Origin: Candidatus Bathyarchaeia archaeon
GTDB lineage: Archaea > Thermoproteota > Bathyarchaeia > Bathyarchaeales > Bathycorpusculaceae
Assembly: GCA_050010515.1 (NCBI GenBank)
Contig: JBEKKX010000002.1
Span: 1-64,000 of the forward strand
Reading direction: 5' to 3'
DNA length: 64,000 nt
Shown here: in pieces, positions 26,503 to 37,077 of the stretch
Layout: each line of letters starts with the position of its first letter
Position numbering within the stretch: position 1 is the first letter of the stretch
Made by a program: the position numbers and the translations under genes
The notes under the pieces: model-generated
Databases searched by the model: none
Seen by the model: the letters and a program-made list of their open reading frames with translations, nothing else
Told to the model about the DNA's origin: nothing

Positions 26503-27522
26503 TCACCTTATCCTATTCGGCGCAGCCCCGTAATGCCTATGTTGTTCTATCGGTATTTTCTGGTCCGCGCTGTCTCTTACTTGGTGACCCGTTATGTGCA
26601 GGAACACGTCCTCAAGTGTGGGTTGCAGGTTTTCCATGGAATTTATTTTTCCGTCCGCAGTTCTTATAGCGTCAATTACATTGTCGAAGGCTTCTTGACC
26701 ATGGCTAATGACTCTTAAATGCAACGAGTTTTCCTGAGAAACATTGTCCACGCATTTGCAATCTTGAACTGCCTGAAAAATTTGGGGTGATAGATTTCCG
26801 ATCTCAAGTTTCAATATTGTTGTATCCGCTCCTGAAATCATTTTTTTCAAGTTCGTCGAAGTATCCAGCGCCACTATTTTGGCGTGATCCATTATGCCGA
26901 TTCGATCGCAAAGGAGATCTGCATCCACCATCATATGGGTCGTTACGATTATGGAGGTGCCGTTTTCCCTGTTGAGCTTTTTGATGAATTCGCGAATCTC
27001 AACGGAAGACTGAGGGTCCAAACCCAGAGTCGGCTCATCGAGAAAGAGCACCTGGGGCATGTTCAGCAGCGCCCGTATCACGTTCATCCTCTGCCTCATG
27101 CCTGTCGAAAACGTGCCCACTTGAGCGTTCTTCCATTTGGTAAGTTGAACCAGCTCAAGCAACTCGTCTATTCTTTTGTTTAAGTCGTCTTTGGGAAGAT
27201 TGAAGAGACTTCCGAAAAATACCAAGTTTTCCCTAGCCGTCAAACGATTGTACATTATCATTTTTTCGGAAACTATACCTATCAGTTTCCTGACTTCTGT
27301 ACCATCTTTCACTATGTCGTAACCACCAATCGTCGCGGTTCCCTTGGTCGGCGCGGCCAACGTGGATAGCACTCGTAGGGTTGTGCTCTTGCCAGCTCCG
27401 TTGGGACCGAGCAAACCGAAAATCTCGCCCTTTTTGACGTCGAACGAGATGTTGTCAACCGCTACGAAGTCGTTGAACATTTTCGTAAGGTTCTTGACTT
27501 CGATTATCGAATCATTCGCCAT
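26503..27522 (-). CDS. ABC exporter ATP-binding protein (DrrA-like)
   Basis: GPNGAGKST, FSTGMRQR, LFLDEPT; start ATG 27522. Confidence 0.92.
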   Translation of the reverse strand: MANDSIIEVKNLTKMFNDFVAVDNISFDVKKGEIFGLLGPNGAGKSTTLRVLSTLAAPTKGTATIGGYDIVKDGTEVRKLIGIVSEKMIMYNRLTARENLVFFGSLFNLPKDDLNKRIDELLELVQLTKWKNAQVGTFSTGMRQRMNVIRALLNMPQVLFLDEPTLGLDPQSSVEIREFIKKLNRENGTSIIVTTHMMVDADLLCDRIGIMDHAKIVALDTSTNLKKMISGADTTILKLEIGNLSPQIFQAVQDCKCVDNVSQENSLHLRVISHGQEAFDNVIDAIRTADGKINSMENLQPTLEDVFLHITGHQVRDSADQKIPIEQHRHYGAAPNRIR

Positions 27523-27554
27523 TTTGGTAACCACATTTTGCAATATTATTCCTT

Positions 27555-27566
27555 GCAATATATTGC
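27555..27566. promoter_or_regulatory. Candidate PadR operator GCAATATATTGC
   Basis: Perfect palindrome in the divergent ABC/PadR promoter region. Confidence 0.55.
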
Positions 27567-27612
27567 GGTAAAATATAAGTATTACCCAAATACAATATAG
27601 ATTTGAAATACG

Positions 27613-28206
27613 ATGGCAACAGAAACTGAAGACAAGACAACTACAAGCTGGCTTAAAGAAGCCCAAAAAGGCTACATACGCATTGGAGTCCTCATCCTTC
27701 TTAACAAGAAACCCTCCCACGGCTACGAAATCATGAAACAAATCAACAACCGAACCAAAGGCTTCTGGCAACCCACCGCCGGCGGCGTCTACCCCATCTT
27801 GCGCGACCTAGAAAAATCAGGGTATATCAAAGGTGAATGGCAAACCCAGAAAAACCGCAAGCTCAAAGTTTACAAGATCACTGAATCAGGAGAACTTATC
27901 CTCAGAAGAGCCATCGTAAAACAAACCGAAATCTCCAATAACATCGGCAACCTTTTCCGAGAATTCTCTAGAGACGTCCTCAACGTTGAGACGACAAATA
28001 CGTCTATGCCGGGAATGCCTTCCCCCTTTACGCCCTTCCTTGAAGAAAAAATAGACAGCAAAGAAAACCTAAAACAGATAGAGCACGAGCGAAAGCACAC
28101 CTGCGAATCAGTAAAAATGATGCAGGAACGACTAAAGCAAATTGACAAGAGAATCAAAGAAATAAAAAAACAAGAACACAGTGATTCTCCTCAAGCAACA
28201 GAGTAG
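27613..28206 (+). CDS. PadR family transcriptional regulator
   Basis: PSHGYEIMK, GGVYPILRDLE..GYI, KVYKITESG. Confidence 0.92.
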   Translation: MATETEDKTTTSWLKEAQKGYIRIGVLILLNKKPSHGYEIMKQINNRTKGFWQPTAGGVYPILRDLEKSGYIKGEWQTQKNRKLKVYKITESGELILRRAIVKQTEISNNIGNLFREFSRDVLNVETTNTSMPGMPSPFTPFLEEKIDSKENLKQIEHERKHTCESVKMMQERLKQIDKRIKEIKKQEHSDSPQATE

Positions 28207-28266
28207 CGAACATGCGAAACTGTTATTTGGCAACCGCTTCTAATAGCATTCAAGGAAGCTAAAGGC

Positions 28267-28704
28267 ATGACAAATGAACATTATGCTTACATACTAACGG
28301 TTGACGAAAAATATTGGAACCGATTATGCCAACGCAACAGCGCTCAGATTGGAACGCATGTTTTTATCCGAAAAAACCAAGTTGCACCCAAAGAAGTTGA
28401 CCAGTTACTGTTTTATGTTACAAGAAAAAAGCAGGTTTTGGGTGTTGCAGATTTTCTTGAGCGTTTAACCGGTAATTATGAGGATTTGTGGAAAAAGTTT
28501 GGCAGCGAAAGCTGTTTTGAATCGTTTGAAGAATACAAAAGCTTCGCTGGTGGCAGAGAAATGATGACTTTCATAAGGTTCAGCAATTTTAGGGAAATCG
28601 CTAATCCCAAATCTAAAGAGGAAGTGTCCAAGGTTCTTGGGTCTTTGCGGGGCTTCGGAGCAGGAAATTACCTTGATAATGAAACAGTCATGCAATTAGT
28701 GTAA
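28267..28704 (+). CDS. EVE/ASCH (PUA-like) domain protein
   Basis: ILTVDEKYW, LLFYVT..KQVLG, EDLWKKFG. Confidence 0.55.
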   Translation: MTNEHYAYILTVDEKYWNRLCQRNSAQIGTHVFIRKNQVAPKEVDQLLFYVTRKKQVLGVADFLERLTGNYEDLWKKFGSESCFESFEEYKSFAGGREMMTFIRFSNFREIANPKSKEEVSKVLGSLRGFGAGNYLDNETVMQLV

Positions 28705-28753
28705 AGAATTAAATCTGTGACTGAATATTTGCTAAATTAGAAGTGAATCCCGA

Positions 28754-29077
28754 ATGTTCCGCGTGAGAGTAAACAAAATTGAGTCCACCCGCGATTTAGA
28801 CGGTAACCTTGGAAAACGAATTGAGCTGCTTGAAGAGCAAGAAGTCAACCCCTACGTGCTGAGACCACAGTCAGATGAAGCCAAAATGGCACAGGACATC
28901 ATGCAAGCACTCCAACAGCAAATGCCCTTCCTGCCGCAAAAAACCCAGCTTGCAACACCAAAAATAATCCTATTTTTAACCGAGCAGGAATACGACAATT
29001 TAGGCATTAGCTTTGATGTAAACCAGATTTACGAAGTGATATTGGAAAACCAAGCGATCCGTTTCAGGAAAGTTTAA
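28754..29077 (+). CDS. Arcadin-1-like protein
   Basis: D.DG...KRIELLEE and PKIILFLTEQEY...FDV resemble crenarchaeal arcadin-1. Confidence 0.7.
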   Translation: MFRVRVNKIESTRDLDGNLGKRIELLEEQEVNPYVLRPQSDEAKMAQDIMQALQQQMPFLPQKTQLATPKIILFLTEQEYDNLGISFDVNQIYEVILENQAIRFRKV

Positions 29078-29453
29078 GGATTTCCTTTCTCATCTGCCTC
29101 AGCGCAGCATGCTTTGGATGAAAAGACAACACAAACATCATACTCCTCAACGCTGAACATATTCCCTCTAAATCAGACATTTTGCCTTCATCACAGTATA
29201 GCGGAATAGGCTCATCGCCATCGCTTTCTTCATAGTAAACGTAAATCGGAGAACCAGTCCCATCGAATTTTACCATCTCAAAGTTTAAATTTAATCGTTT
29301 AGCCGTTTCCTGTGTGGCAGTTCTAACCGACGCCAACCGTTTCCTGCCTGGAGCACCAGTTGACGCGTAAACCATCAGTTTCCCACTGTTCCTTTTGAAC
29401 ATGACACACTCACCAACACGCAGTATGCGAAAAACCCTTTTAAAACAAGCCAT
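29064..29453 (-). CDS. Hypothetical protein
   Basis: ORF with IYVYYE..PIPLYCD..FVLSFHP. Confidence 0.65.
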   Translation of the reverse strand: MACFKRVFRILRVGECVMFKRNSGKLMVYASTGAPGRKRLASVRTATQETAKRLNLNFEMVKFDGTGSPIYVYYEESDGDEPIPLYCDEGKMSDLEGICSALRSMMFVLSFHPKHAALRQMRKEILKLS

Positions 29454-29528
29454 GAAACGACTCTTTCAAGCAGGGGAGGGGTGACTGAAAGTGAAACCCT
29501 CTTAAACCGCCAAAACAAGATTTAACCC

Positions 29529-29801
29529 ATGAAAACCAGAGCACACGTCTTTGTAAGCGGCATAGTTCAAGGCGTTTTCTTTAGGCAAAAAACTAAGCGG
29601 CAAGCCGAGAGCTTTGGAATTGCAGGTTGGGTGAGAAATTTGCCTGATGGCAGAGTTGAAGCAGTTTTTGAAGGTGAAGAAGAAGCTGTTAGGGCACTTG
29701 TAGAATATTGCCATCATGGCCCTTCTTATGCAAGGGTAACAAACGTTGATGTTGCGTGGGAACCTTATCGTGGAGAATTTAACGGCTTTGAGACGCGATA
29801 G
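29529..29801 (+). CDS. acyP: Acylphosphatase
   Basis: VSGIVQGVFFR, GWVRNLPDGRVE, GPSYARV. Confidence 0.95.
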   Translation: MKTRAHVFVSGIVQGVFFRQKTKRQAESFGIAGWVRNLPDGRVEAVFEGEEEAVRALVEYCHHGPSYARVTNVDVAWEPYRGEFNGFETR

Positions 29802-29805
29802 CAAT

Positions 29806-30204
29806 TTACGCTTTTTTCTTTGGCACCCGAAAATGTGAATCTTTTCCGGCGCTGATATATTCTCCGCCCATGCCTCTCACTGCGGAAGCAATTTTTGCAA
29901 AGTTTTCTGAACCCAAAAACTGCTTCGGTTTAATTATCATGTAATCGCCCTTCTCCTCAAAGCTTAATCGGGCCTCAAGCTCCTCAGGAAATGACATGCG
30001 AATTTCATCAAGCGACCTCTGTTTTGCACCAGCCTCAGGCGGTGTAGGCGCTTGAGTAGCTGTCGGCTGGGTAATTTGACCCCCCGCGAGAGACTTGATT
30101 GATGATGAAACGGAACGCATTTCTTCTGAAATGTCGCTTAAAGTTTTAAGAATTTTATCAACCTTTCCGACTAGCTCATTGAGCTTTTCTTTGTCAGTAC
30201 TCAT
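29806..30204 (-). CDS. Hypothetical protein: coiled coil plus C-terminal alpha/beta domain
   Basis: IIKPKQFLGSENFAKIASAVRGMGGEYISAGKDSHFRVP; domain also in 56588..57307. Confidence 0.75.
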   Translation of the reverse strand: MSTDKEKLNELVGKVDKILKTLSDISEEMRSVSSSIKSLAGGQITQPTATQAPTPPEAGAKQRSLDEIRMSFPEELEARLSFEEKGDYMIIKPKQFLGSENFAKIASAVRGMGGEYISAGKDSHFRVPKKKA

Positions 30205-30296
30205 GCAAACGCTTCCTTAAACTTCTAAATAATCCCAAGACGCTTATTAATTATTTGCAATATACACAATAACTTAGGTCTGGAAGAAAATAGGGC

Positions 30297-31334
30297 ATGA
30301 TTGAAATCGACGGGAGCCAAAAAAGCGGAAGCGGCACAATACTTCGCCTTTCCGTAGCCTTGGCAGCCATCATAAAACAGCCACTACATATATGCAACAT
30401 TAGACAGAACCGCCCGCAACCAGGCTTAAAACATCAGCATTTGGAAGCAGTGTTGACAGCGGCCAAACTCTGCAACGCCAAAGTGCAAGGAGCAGCCTTA
30501 GGCTCAAGGGAGCTTTGGTTCATGCCTCAGCAAATAAAAGGCGGTAACATTGAAGCAGAAATCGAAACCGCTGGAAGCATCCCGATGCTTCTACTGGCGA
30601 CATTGCCAGTCTGTTTGTTCGCTGATAACCCTGTACACTTGCATGTAGCCAAAGGCGGAACAGACACAACCCATGCGCCAACAATCAACTACATGCGATA
30701 TGTGTTTGTGCCAGCGCTGAAACAGATGGGGACTGACTCTAACATAACCGTTCAAAAATACGGTTATTACCCAAAAGGAATGGGGGAAGTAACAATGACC
30801 ACAAAACCGAACCGAGTACTAAAACCGATCCAGCTTGAAAACTTTGGCAAGCTAGAGAGAATAAAGGGTGTTTCAGTCTGCACTTTTTTGGCTGATAGGC
30901 AAGTGGCAGAGCGGCAAGCAAAAGCAGCAGAAGACTGCCTCTCACAAAGGGGCTATGACGCTTCTATCGAGGTTGTAAACGACCAGTCAAATCCTTTTCA
31001 AAAAGGCAGTTCAATCGTTCTGTGGGCTGAAACCGACACAGGCGTAATAATAGGCGCTGACGCAATAGGTGAACTCCGTAAAATGAGTGAAGCCGTCGGA
31101 AAAGAAGCCGCTGAAAAACTTTTAACCGAGTTAACTGTTGAGCCAACAGTTGATGTTTACTTGGCAGATATGCTCATTCCCTACATGGCGCTGGCACAGG
31201 GCAAATCAACTTTTTTGGTTAGAGCAATTTCTGAGCATATTGAAGCTAACATTTGGCTGATGGAAAAAATGTTAAACGTTAAATTCACCACTCAAAGAGT
31301 AAACAACCTCTATAGGATAGAAAAAAGCAGCTGA
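30297..31334 (+). CDS. rtcA: RNA 3'-terminal phosphate cyclase
   Basis: IDGS..SGSGTILR, RPQPGLKHQH, GGTD, GYYPKG.G. Confidence 0.93.
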   Translation: MIEIDGSQKSGSGTILRLSVALAAIIKQPLHICNIRQNRPQPGLKHQHLEAVLTAAKLCNAKVQGAALGSRELWFMPQQIKGGNIEAEIETAGSIPMLLLATLPVCLFADNPVHLHVAKGGTDTTHAPTINYMRYVFVPALKQMGTDSNITVQKYGYYPKGMGEVTMTTKPNRVLKPIQLENFGKLERIKGVSVCTFLADRQVAERQAKAAEDCLSQRGYDASIEVVNDQSNPFQKGSSIVLWAETDTGVIIGADAIGELRKMSEAVGKEAAEKLLTELTVEPTVDVYLADMLIPYMALAQGKSTFLVRAISEHIEANIWLMEKMLNVKFTTQRVNNLYRIEKSS

Positions 31335-31338
31335 TCGC

Positions 31339-32409
31339 ATGCCCAAATCAACCATTTGCATAAAAGTTCCAAAAAAACAAGGCGAAGGAGCAATAGCCTT
31401 AGCCAATAAACTTGAACTTATAGATAAGTCATTGGAAATTCAGCGGGATGAAGGCAACCTTTGCATCCCCTTGATCAGGCAACCAGATGAGAAAGAGTTA
31501 GCAACGCTGAAAATCGAAGGGCCCGAAACGCAATTATCAACTAGCGTTTTCGCTGAAAAGAGGCCAACCGCACAATCCCTCCTGCAGGTTCTCGAAAACA
31601 ATTTGCCCTCCTATTTGCTGGCGAGTTTGCCTCAAGCATTGGACCTAACAGGGGACATAGCCGTCATCGAAATTCCGCCAGAATTGAAAGCATACGAAAA
31701 CCTTATCGGCGAAGCAATCCTAAAAACGCACAGAAACATCAGAACTGTGCTCGCAAAAGCAGGAGCAATAAGTGGAACTTACCGGTTGCGCGAGTTCACT
31801 TTTATCGCCGGAGAACACAAAACCCAAACTGTACACAGGGAATTCGGCTGCCAATACCACGTTGACGTAGCCAAAGCATATTTTTCGCCTCGGCTTTCCC
31901 ATGAACACCAGCGTGTGGCATCACTCGTGCAAAGTGGTGAAACTGTGGTGGATTTATTTGCTGGAGTTGGACCCTTCTCAGTGCTAATTGCCAAAAAGAA
32001 TCCGAACGTTAGGGTTTACGCTGTTGATATTAATCCTGACGCCGTTGAGCTGCTTAAAGTAAATGCAAGGGTAAACAGGGTTGAAAACAGAGTTTTCCCA
32101 ATCCTTGGAGATGCAAAGCAAATTACCGCAAACAAGCTTAAGGGTTCAGCTGACCGGGTGATAATGAATTTGCCTGAAACAGCAATCAAGTTTGTTGATG
32201 CCGCTTGCCAAGCAATCAAGCCTCAGGGTGGAATAATCCATTTTTATGCTTTTGTTCGTTCACCTGACTCAATAGAAAACCTCAAGTTCCGATTTTCCCA
32301 AGCTGCAGAATCAACGGGCAGAAAAGCGGAAGCGTTTCTTTATGCAAAAAGCATCCGGGAAACTGCACCCTACGAGTCGCAGATTGTTTTAGATGCTAAA
32401 ATTTCTTAA
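31339..32409 (+). CDS. trm5: Trm5/Met-10-like tRNA methyltransferase
   Basis: GDIAVI, YFSPRL, VVDLFAGVGPF, RVIMNLP. Confidence 0.85.
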   Translation: MPKSTICIKVPKKQGEGAIALANKLELIDKSLEIQRDEGNLCIPLIRQPDEKELATLKIEGPETQLSTSVFAEKRPTAQSLLQVLENNLPSYLLASLPQALDLTGDIAVIEIPPELKAYENLIGEAILKTHRNIRTVLAKAGAISGTYRLREFTFIAGEHKTQTVHREFGCQYHVDVAKAYFSPRLSHEHQRVASLVQSGETVVDLFAGVGPFSVLIAKKNPNVRVYAVDINPDAVELLKVNARVNRVENRVFPILGDAKQITANKLKGSADRVIMNLPETAIKFVDAACQAIKPQGGIIHFYAFVRSPDSIENLKFRFSQAAESTGRKAEAFLYAKSIRETAPYESQIVLDAKIS

Positions 32410-32840
32410 CCGCGAAGAACAAGGGTAATGTTGACTTTATGTTGTGGATTTTTTAGCTTCTCCACTAATTCTCTTGGTAAATCATTTGCTGATTTATCAG
32501 CGCGAATTGCCAACGTTCGGTTGCAGATATAATCGCTTTTTCGGATTACAATGTCGGTTGGGTGAGTTAAAATCAATTTTTGGGAGCCAGAGGCGTTAAT
32601 TTGCTCAGTTAAGCCTCCAGCCTCGATAATTATGGTTAGTTTAGCGTTTGGTCTTTTCAATTTCTCTTTGAATGTTTGGTTTAAGTCAGCTACTGCTTTA
32701 TCCGCAGCTACTCCGACTACGCAATCGCCAGTTTTTGACAGGTGCTTTTCCCTTGTAAACATTAAAGTTGAAGGGTGAATGGCTTGAATATTTTCATGCC
32801 CAAACGCCACGATGTTTTCTCTTGTTTCTTTAGCACTCAA
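32406..32840 (-). CDS. DUF371 family protein
   Basis: GHENIQAIHPSTL, GDCVVGVAADK, VIRKSDY. Confidence 0.85.
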   Translation of the reverse strand: MSAKETRENIVAFGHENIQAIHPSTLMFTREKHLSKTGDCVVGVAADKAVADLNQTFKEKLKRPNAKLTIIIEAGGLTEQINASGSQKLILTHPTDIVIRKSDYICNRTLAIRADKSANDLPRELVEKLKNPQHKVNITLVLRG

Positions 32841-33827
32841 TTACTCGTTAACCTCAATGGAATCCACTTTGCCGTCCCCGTCTAGATCAAAGCCGTGAAT
32901 CACCACTGCGAAGGTGTCCTCGCCCTTGTATTTCTCTAGTGTTTTCTTCCAAAAATTAGTCAAAGCTAAAACGCATGCTTTTGTTCCTACGGCTTTGTTT
33001 CCTGCTAAAACCACGATGCGTTTGGTCTTATCCCATGGATTCACGATTTTAGCAATTAATCCTGAAACATCCGAAGTGTAAACCTGCGAAGTCTTTTTTG
33101 ATGATAAACCGCCCAGCAAGAACCCTTGCTCTGAAGATTGCATTATGAATTTGATGGGTAAATATTCGTTTATTTCCTGTGTAAGAAGGTTTGTTCCTGG
33201 TCCCCCAACAAGGATTAAATTGTTTTTTTCCTCTTTCTCCACTTTCACGTCAACGTCGAGTTTCACAGCGAATTCTGTGGGCATTTTTGCAAATTGGCCA
33301 ATGAAAAGCGCCAAGTGCGCTGCGTAGTGTCCGTCTCTGGCGCTGGTTTTAAACGGGCCATGCGGCTGTGGGCTGCCTACAACTATTTTTCCGTCAAAAA
33401 CACCGTTGCTAATGAATTCTTTGAAGAACTCTTGGAGTTGCTTGTCGATGCTTAAGAGGCAAAAGTTTTGGATTGCTTTATAGCCGTCCGGAAACTCGAT
33501 GCCGAAAGCTGGTGACACTACTTTGTAATATTTTGCTGTAGCACCTTTCTTTTTTTCCTCACGCTCAACGGCTATGGCTCCTGCTTTTGCTAGTTTTCTA
33601 ATGTGATAATAGACTTTTTGCTCATGCATACCAAGTTGCTTTGCGATTTCTAAGGGGTACATTTCCTTTTTTGATAACATTGTTAGGATTTTCCAGCTTA
33701 GGCTGCCCAGTATCATTTTTAGTTTTTGTGAATCGTCCATTATGCTGATTTCTTTTACTTCTTGGGTGTTGCCGTTGTCTTGGAGAAGCAGTTTTTTATC
33801 CATGTCAGTCAAAAGGGTAGATAACAT
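32841..33827 (-). CDS. ArsR-type HTH regulator with C-terminal S-layer-like domain
   Basis: YPLEIAKQL..EQKVYYHIRKL; IVVGSP, NLILVGGPGTN. Confidence 0.8.
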   Translation of the reverse strand: MLSTLLTDMDKKLLLQDNGNTQEVKEISIMDDSQKLKMILGSLSWKILTMLSKKEMYPLEIAKQLGMHEQKVYYHIRKLAKAGAIAVEREEKKKGATAKYYKVVSPAFGIEFPDGYKAIQNFCLLSIDKQLQEFFKEFISNGVFDGKIVVGSPQPHGPFKTSARDGHYAAHLALFIGQFAKMPTEFAVKLDVDVKVEKEEKNNLILVGGPGTNLLTQEINEYLPIKFIMQSSEQGFLLGGLSSKKTSQVYTSDVSGLIAKIVNPWDKTKRIVVLAGNKAVGTKACVLALTNFWKKTLEKYKGEDTFAVVIHGFDLDGDGKVDSIEVNE

Positions 33828-34025
33828 GCAGGTACTATAAAAAATTTATTTATAATGGTTCAAAAAATTTAGGCTCAAATCGCTTTAAAGCTTTCGCTTG
33901 CATGAATAAAGGGTAAGACACACTAAAAATTTTTTTTGAGCGGTGAAACTGAAACCTTAAAAATGCTTATTAGCAAAACACAGACTTCATAAGCTTAAAC
34001 CATTGCGAAAAGCGAGGCTTCTGAA

Positions 34026-35855
34026 ATGTGTGGAATATTCGGTTGTGTTTTAAAGGAAGAAAACGCCGCTCCCCTAATTCACTCGTCACTTAAACGGCTT
34101 GAATATCGCGGCTACGACTCAGTAGGCATAGCAACAATATTTAATGGAAAAATTTACTTAAAAAAAGATCAGGGAAAAATCGACGAGGTTCACAAAATCC
34201 TAAACCTTGACGATTTACCAGGCAGCATAGGTATTGGTCACACGCGCTGGGCGACGCATGGTGCACCCTTAAAAGTGAACGCTCACCCTCATGCCGATTG
34301 CACAGGCGGAATAATGGTTGTTCATAACGGAATCATTGAGAATTTCATGGAGCTTAGAACAGAACTGGAAAATCTTGATCATACGTTTGTTTCCAAAACA
34401 GACACAGAAGTAATTCCACACCTTATTGAGCAAACCCTCAAACAGAACCCTAAACTCTCCTTTGTCGAGGCAGTTCAAGAAAGCCTCAAGCGCCTTGAAG
34501 GCTCCTATGCCCTCGCCGTAATCTCCACAAAAGAGCCTGACAAGATTATCTGCGCCAGAAATGAGAGCCCCTTGGTTTTAGGCATCAATAGCGAGGGTGT
34601 TTTTTGTGCTTCTGATATTCCAGCGTTTCTGCCAGTTACCAACAAGGCAGTCATGGTGAATGATGGTGAACTGGTTATTCTGTCAGCGCAAGGTTATGAG
34701 ATTAAGAAAATTCAGGATCTCAGCCCTGTCAGTCGGGAACCGGAAACTATTGAGTGGACAGCTGAAATGGCTATTAAACAAGGCTATCCGCACTTTATGA
34801 TCAAAGAGATTCATGAGCAGCCTGAAACTCTTCGCAACACGCTGAGAATGCAGGAGCATTATCTGGATTTACTTACAACTTTTCTGGATCGTGCGAACGA
34901 GGTTTTTCTTGTTGCTTGTGGAACAAGCTACCATGCATGTTTAGCGGCTTCATACATGTTCTCTAAACTTGCGTTCTTGCCCACATACCCCGTTTACGCT
35001 TCAGAATTTATAGAACAACATGGCAAATCAGTAAACATTGACAGCACCATTTTAGCGGTTAGTCAGTCAGGCGAAACAGCTGACACCATAGCAGCCGTTA
35101 CCTGCGCCCAGCAACGTGCAGCCACGATTCTAAGCTTAACTAATGTTATCGGCTCTTCTTTGACACGTATTTCCCGTGTTTATATTGGCACGCAAGCTGG
35201 TCCAGAGATTGGAGTTGCCGCAACGAAAACTTTTACGTCTCAGCTTTCCGTGATGGCGCAACTTGCGCTTAGATTGGCAAAGAAAAGAGGCAAAGTTTCT
35301 CAGGATGAAATAGACAGCCTTGAAGAGAATTTGCTTAAATTGCCTGAAATTGCTGACGCAATAGTTAAGACGCAAGAGGAAAAAGTTAAGCAAATCGCCA
35401 AGAAATACAAGGATTCTAAAGTGTTCTTTTTCTTAGGCAGAGGAATCAGCACCGCCACTGCTTATGAAGGCAGACTTAAACTAATGGAAATCGCTTATAT
35501 TCCGTCGATAGCGTTCCCAGCAGGCGAAAGCAAGCATGGCCCAATTAGCTTGGTTGAAAATGGCTTCCCAGCAGTTTTCATTTGCCCCAAGGATGACTGC
35601 CATAAGACGCTGATTGGTAACATTATGGAAATGAAAGCCAGAGGCGCCCACATAATTGCCATTGCCGAGGAAGGAGACGAGGACATCAAAGCGTTGGCTG
35701 ATGATTACGTTGAGGTTCCGAAGGGCATTCCTGGTGTTCTGTCGCCGATTCCTTTTGTAGTGCCCCTGCAGCTTTTAGCGTATTATGTTGCTCTTGAGAA
35801 AGGATACGACCCGGATATGCCAAGGAACCTGGCAAAGTGTGTTACTGTAAAGTAA
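34026..35855 (+). CDS. glmS: Glutamine-fructose-6-phosphate transaminase
   Basis: MCGIFG, GHTRWATHG, SQSGETADT, PRNLAK. Confidence 0.96.
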   Translation: MCGIFGCVLKEENAAPLIHSSLKRLEYRGYDSVGIATIFNGKIYLKKDQGKIDEVHKILNLDDLPGSIGIGHTRWATHGAPLKVNAHPHADCTGGIMVVHNGIIENFMELRTELENLDHTFVSKTDTEVIPHLIEQTLKQNPKLSFVEAVQESLKRLEGSYALAVISTKEPDKIICARNESPLVLGINSEGVFCASDIPAFLPVTNKAVMVNDGELVILSAQGYEIKKIQDLSPVSREPETIEWTAEMAIKQGYPHFMIKEIHEQPETLRNTLRMQEHYLDLLTTFLDRANEVFLVACGTSYHACLAASYMFSKLAFLPTYPVYASEFIEQHGKSVNIDSTILAVSQSGETADTIAAVTCAQQRAATILSLTNVIGSSLTRISRVYIGTQAGPEIGVAATKTFTSQLSVMAQLALRLAKKRGKVSQDEIDSLEENLLKLPEIADAIVKTQEEKVKQIAKKYKDSKVFFFLGRGISTATAYEGRLKLMEIAYIPSIAFPAGESKHGPISLVENGFPAVFICPKDDCHKTLIGNIMEMKARGAHIIAIAEEGDEDIKALADDYVEVPKGIPGVLSPIPFVVPLQLLAYYVALEKGYDPDMPRNLAKCVTVK

Positions 35856-35978
35856 CATTTTTTCTTTTTTAATATTCGTTCAACATTAAGGCAGGCTTGC
35901 AGTATTCACAGTAGTGCTTCGACTGGGGGGAAGTAGCGTTTGTTCCATTAACAGGCGAATAAGGGCAAAGCTAACGCT

Positions 35979-37013
35979 TTAACCGAACCATTTTTCCAGC
36001 GTCATTTTTCCCTTCTGCTTCTTGGAGCCTTCCAGCATCTTGTCTAAGGATTTTGTGACTCTGTCCTCTGAGAAATCCCTTTGCCGGCATAAGAAGTCGA
36101 TGATGCCTTCAACGTTGGGCTCTTTCCATTCCAGCTTATAGTTATCTGTGACTTGCGGATGCAGAAAAACTTCCCTTATACAATTTGGCTCAACTGGAAA
36201 ACTAGCGTTTTTTACGTAAGGCAACGCATCCTCTAATGTTCCATATTGCTTGATTAACTTCAAAGCAGTTTTTGGCCCAAGCCCTTTTATGCCATTCGGG
36301 TTGAAGTCTGTGCCAATCAGTATGCCAACGTCAATTAATTGTTCGTATGTTAAGCCGCACTCAGTTAGCGTTTTGGAAAGCTCAATTACCTCGGGAACGA
36401 CGTCAATGTAGATGTTTTTGCTGGGGAGCTTCCGTCTGCCAGAAATGGTTACGTTTCTTAGCAGTTTTGGTGCTCCAAAGAGCAAGCTGTCATAGTCTTG
36501 GCTTGCACAGTAATCTGCATCTCCGCGTTTGGTCATCTGCGCGGCTTGGGCTTCACCTTCGCTTGGCGCCTGAATCCACGGCAAACCCATAAGCTCCAAA
36601 AGTTTTCGGCTGTCGTCTTTCATGTAATCTTTCATGCTTGTTGTGGCTTGAGCGAACATCCGCATCTTTGCGGTGTCACCTTTTGCCGCTGCTTTCTCAT
36701 AGTGCACGGCTGCTTCCACCTTGACTTGCCTGCGCCGCTCAATCTCAGCCGCCTTCAAAGTTGGCGGAATGCCATCGAAAACGTAGATTGGTTTTATGCC
36801 CATTTCTACAAGGTTACTTGTACGGTAGAATAAACCGCTCAGGTGGCTGGTGACTTTTCCAGTGCTGTCTTTCAGCGGTGTGCCGTCGGGCTGGCGGATA
36901 ATGGAGAGAAACTGGTAAATCGCGTTATAAGCGTCTATGGCGATGATTTTGCCACTTAAATCCTCTAATTTAACGGGAGTTTTCGGAACAAGGTCCTTGA
37001 AATCTACGCCCAA
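35979..37013 (-). CDS. fen: Flap endonuclease 1
   Basis: YQFLSIIRQPDG, APSEGEAQA, SQDYDSLLFG, PIP-like TLEKWF. Confidence 0.96.
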   Translation of the reverse strand: MGVDFKDLVPKTPVKLEDLSGKIIAIDAYNAIYQFLSIIRQPDGTPLKDSTGKVTSHLSGLFYRTSNLVEMGIKPIYVFDGIPPTLKAAEIERRRQVKVEAAVHYEKAAAKGDTAKMRMFAQATTSMKDYMKDDSRKLLELMGLPWIQAPSEGEAQAAQMTKRGDADYCASQDYDSLLFGAPKLLRNVTISGRRKLPSKNIYIDVVPEVIELSKTLTECGLTYEQLIDVGILIGTDFNPNGIKGLGPKTALKLIKQYGTLEDALPYVKNASFPVEPNCIREVFLHPQVTDNYKLEWKEPNVEGIIDFLCRQRDFSEDRVTKSLDKMLEGSKKQKGKMTLEKWFG

Positions 37014-37077
37014 AATTTACCACAACAATAAAAATAGGCAAGAAGCCTTCTTAATAAACTTGCGAAGGCTATATGAT

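Noticed and set aside
33830-34025. glmS ribozyme upstream of glmS
   Set aside because: Region is AT-rich with AAAAATTT repeats (perhaps operator sites) and lacks the ribozyme core and stems
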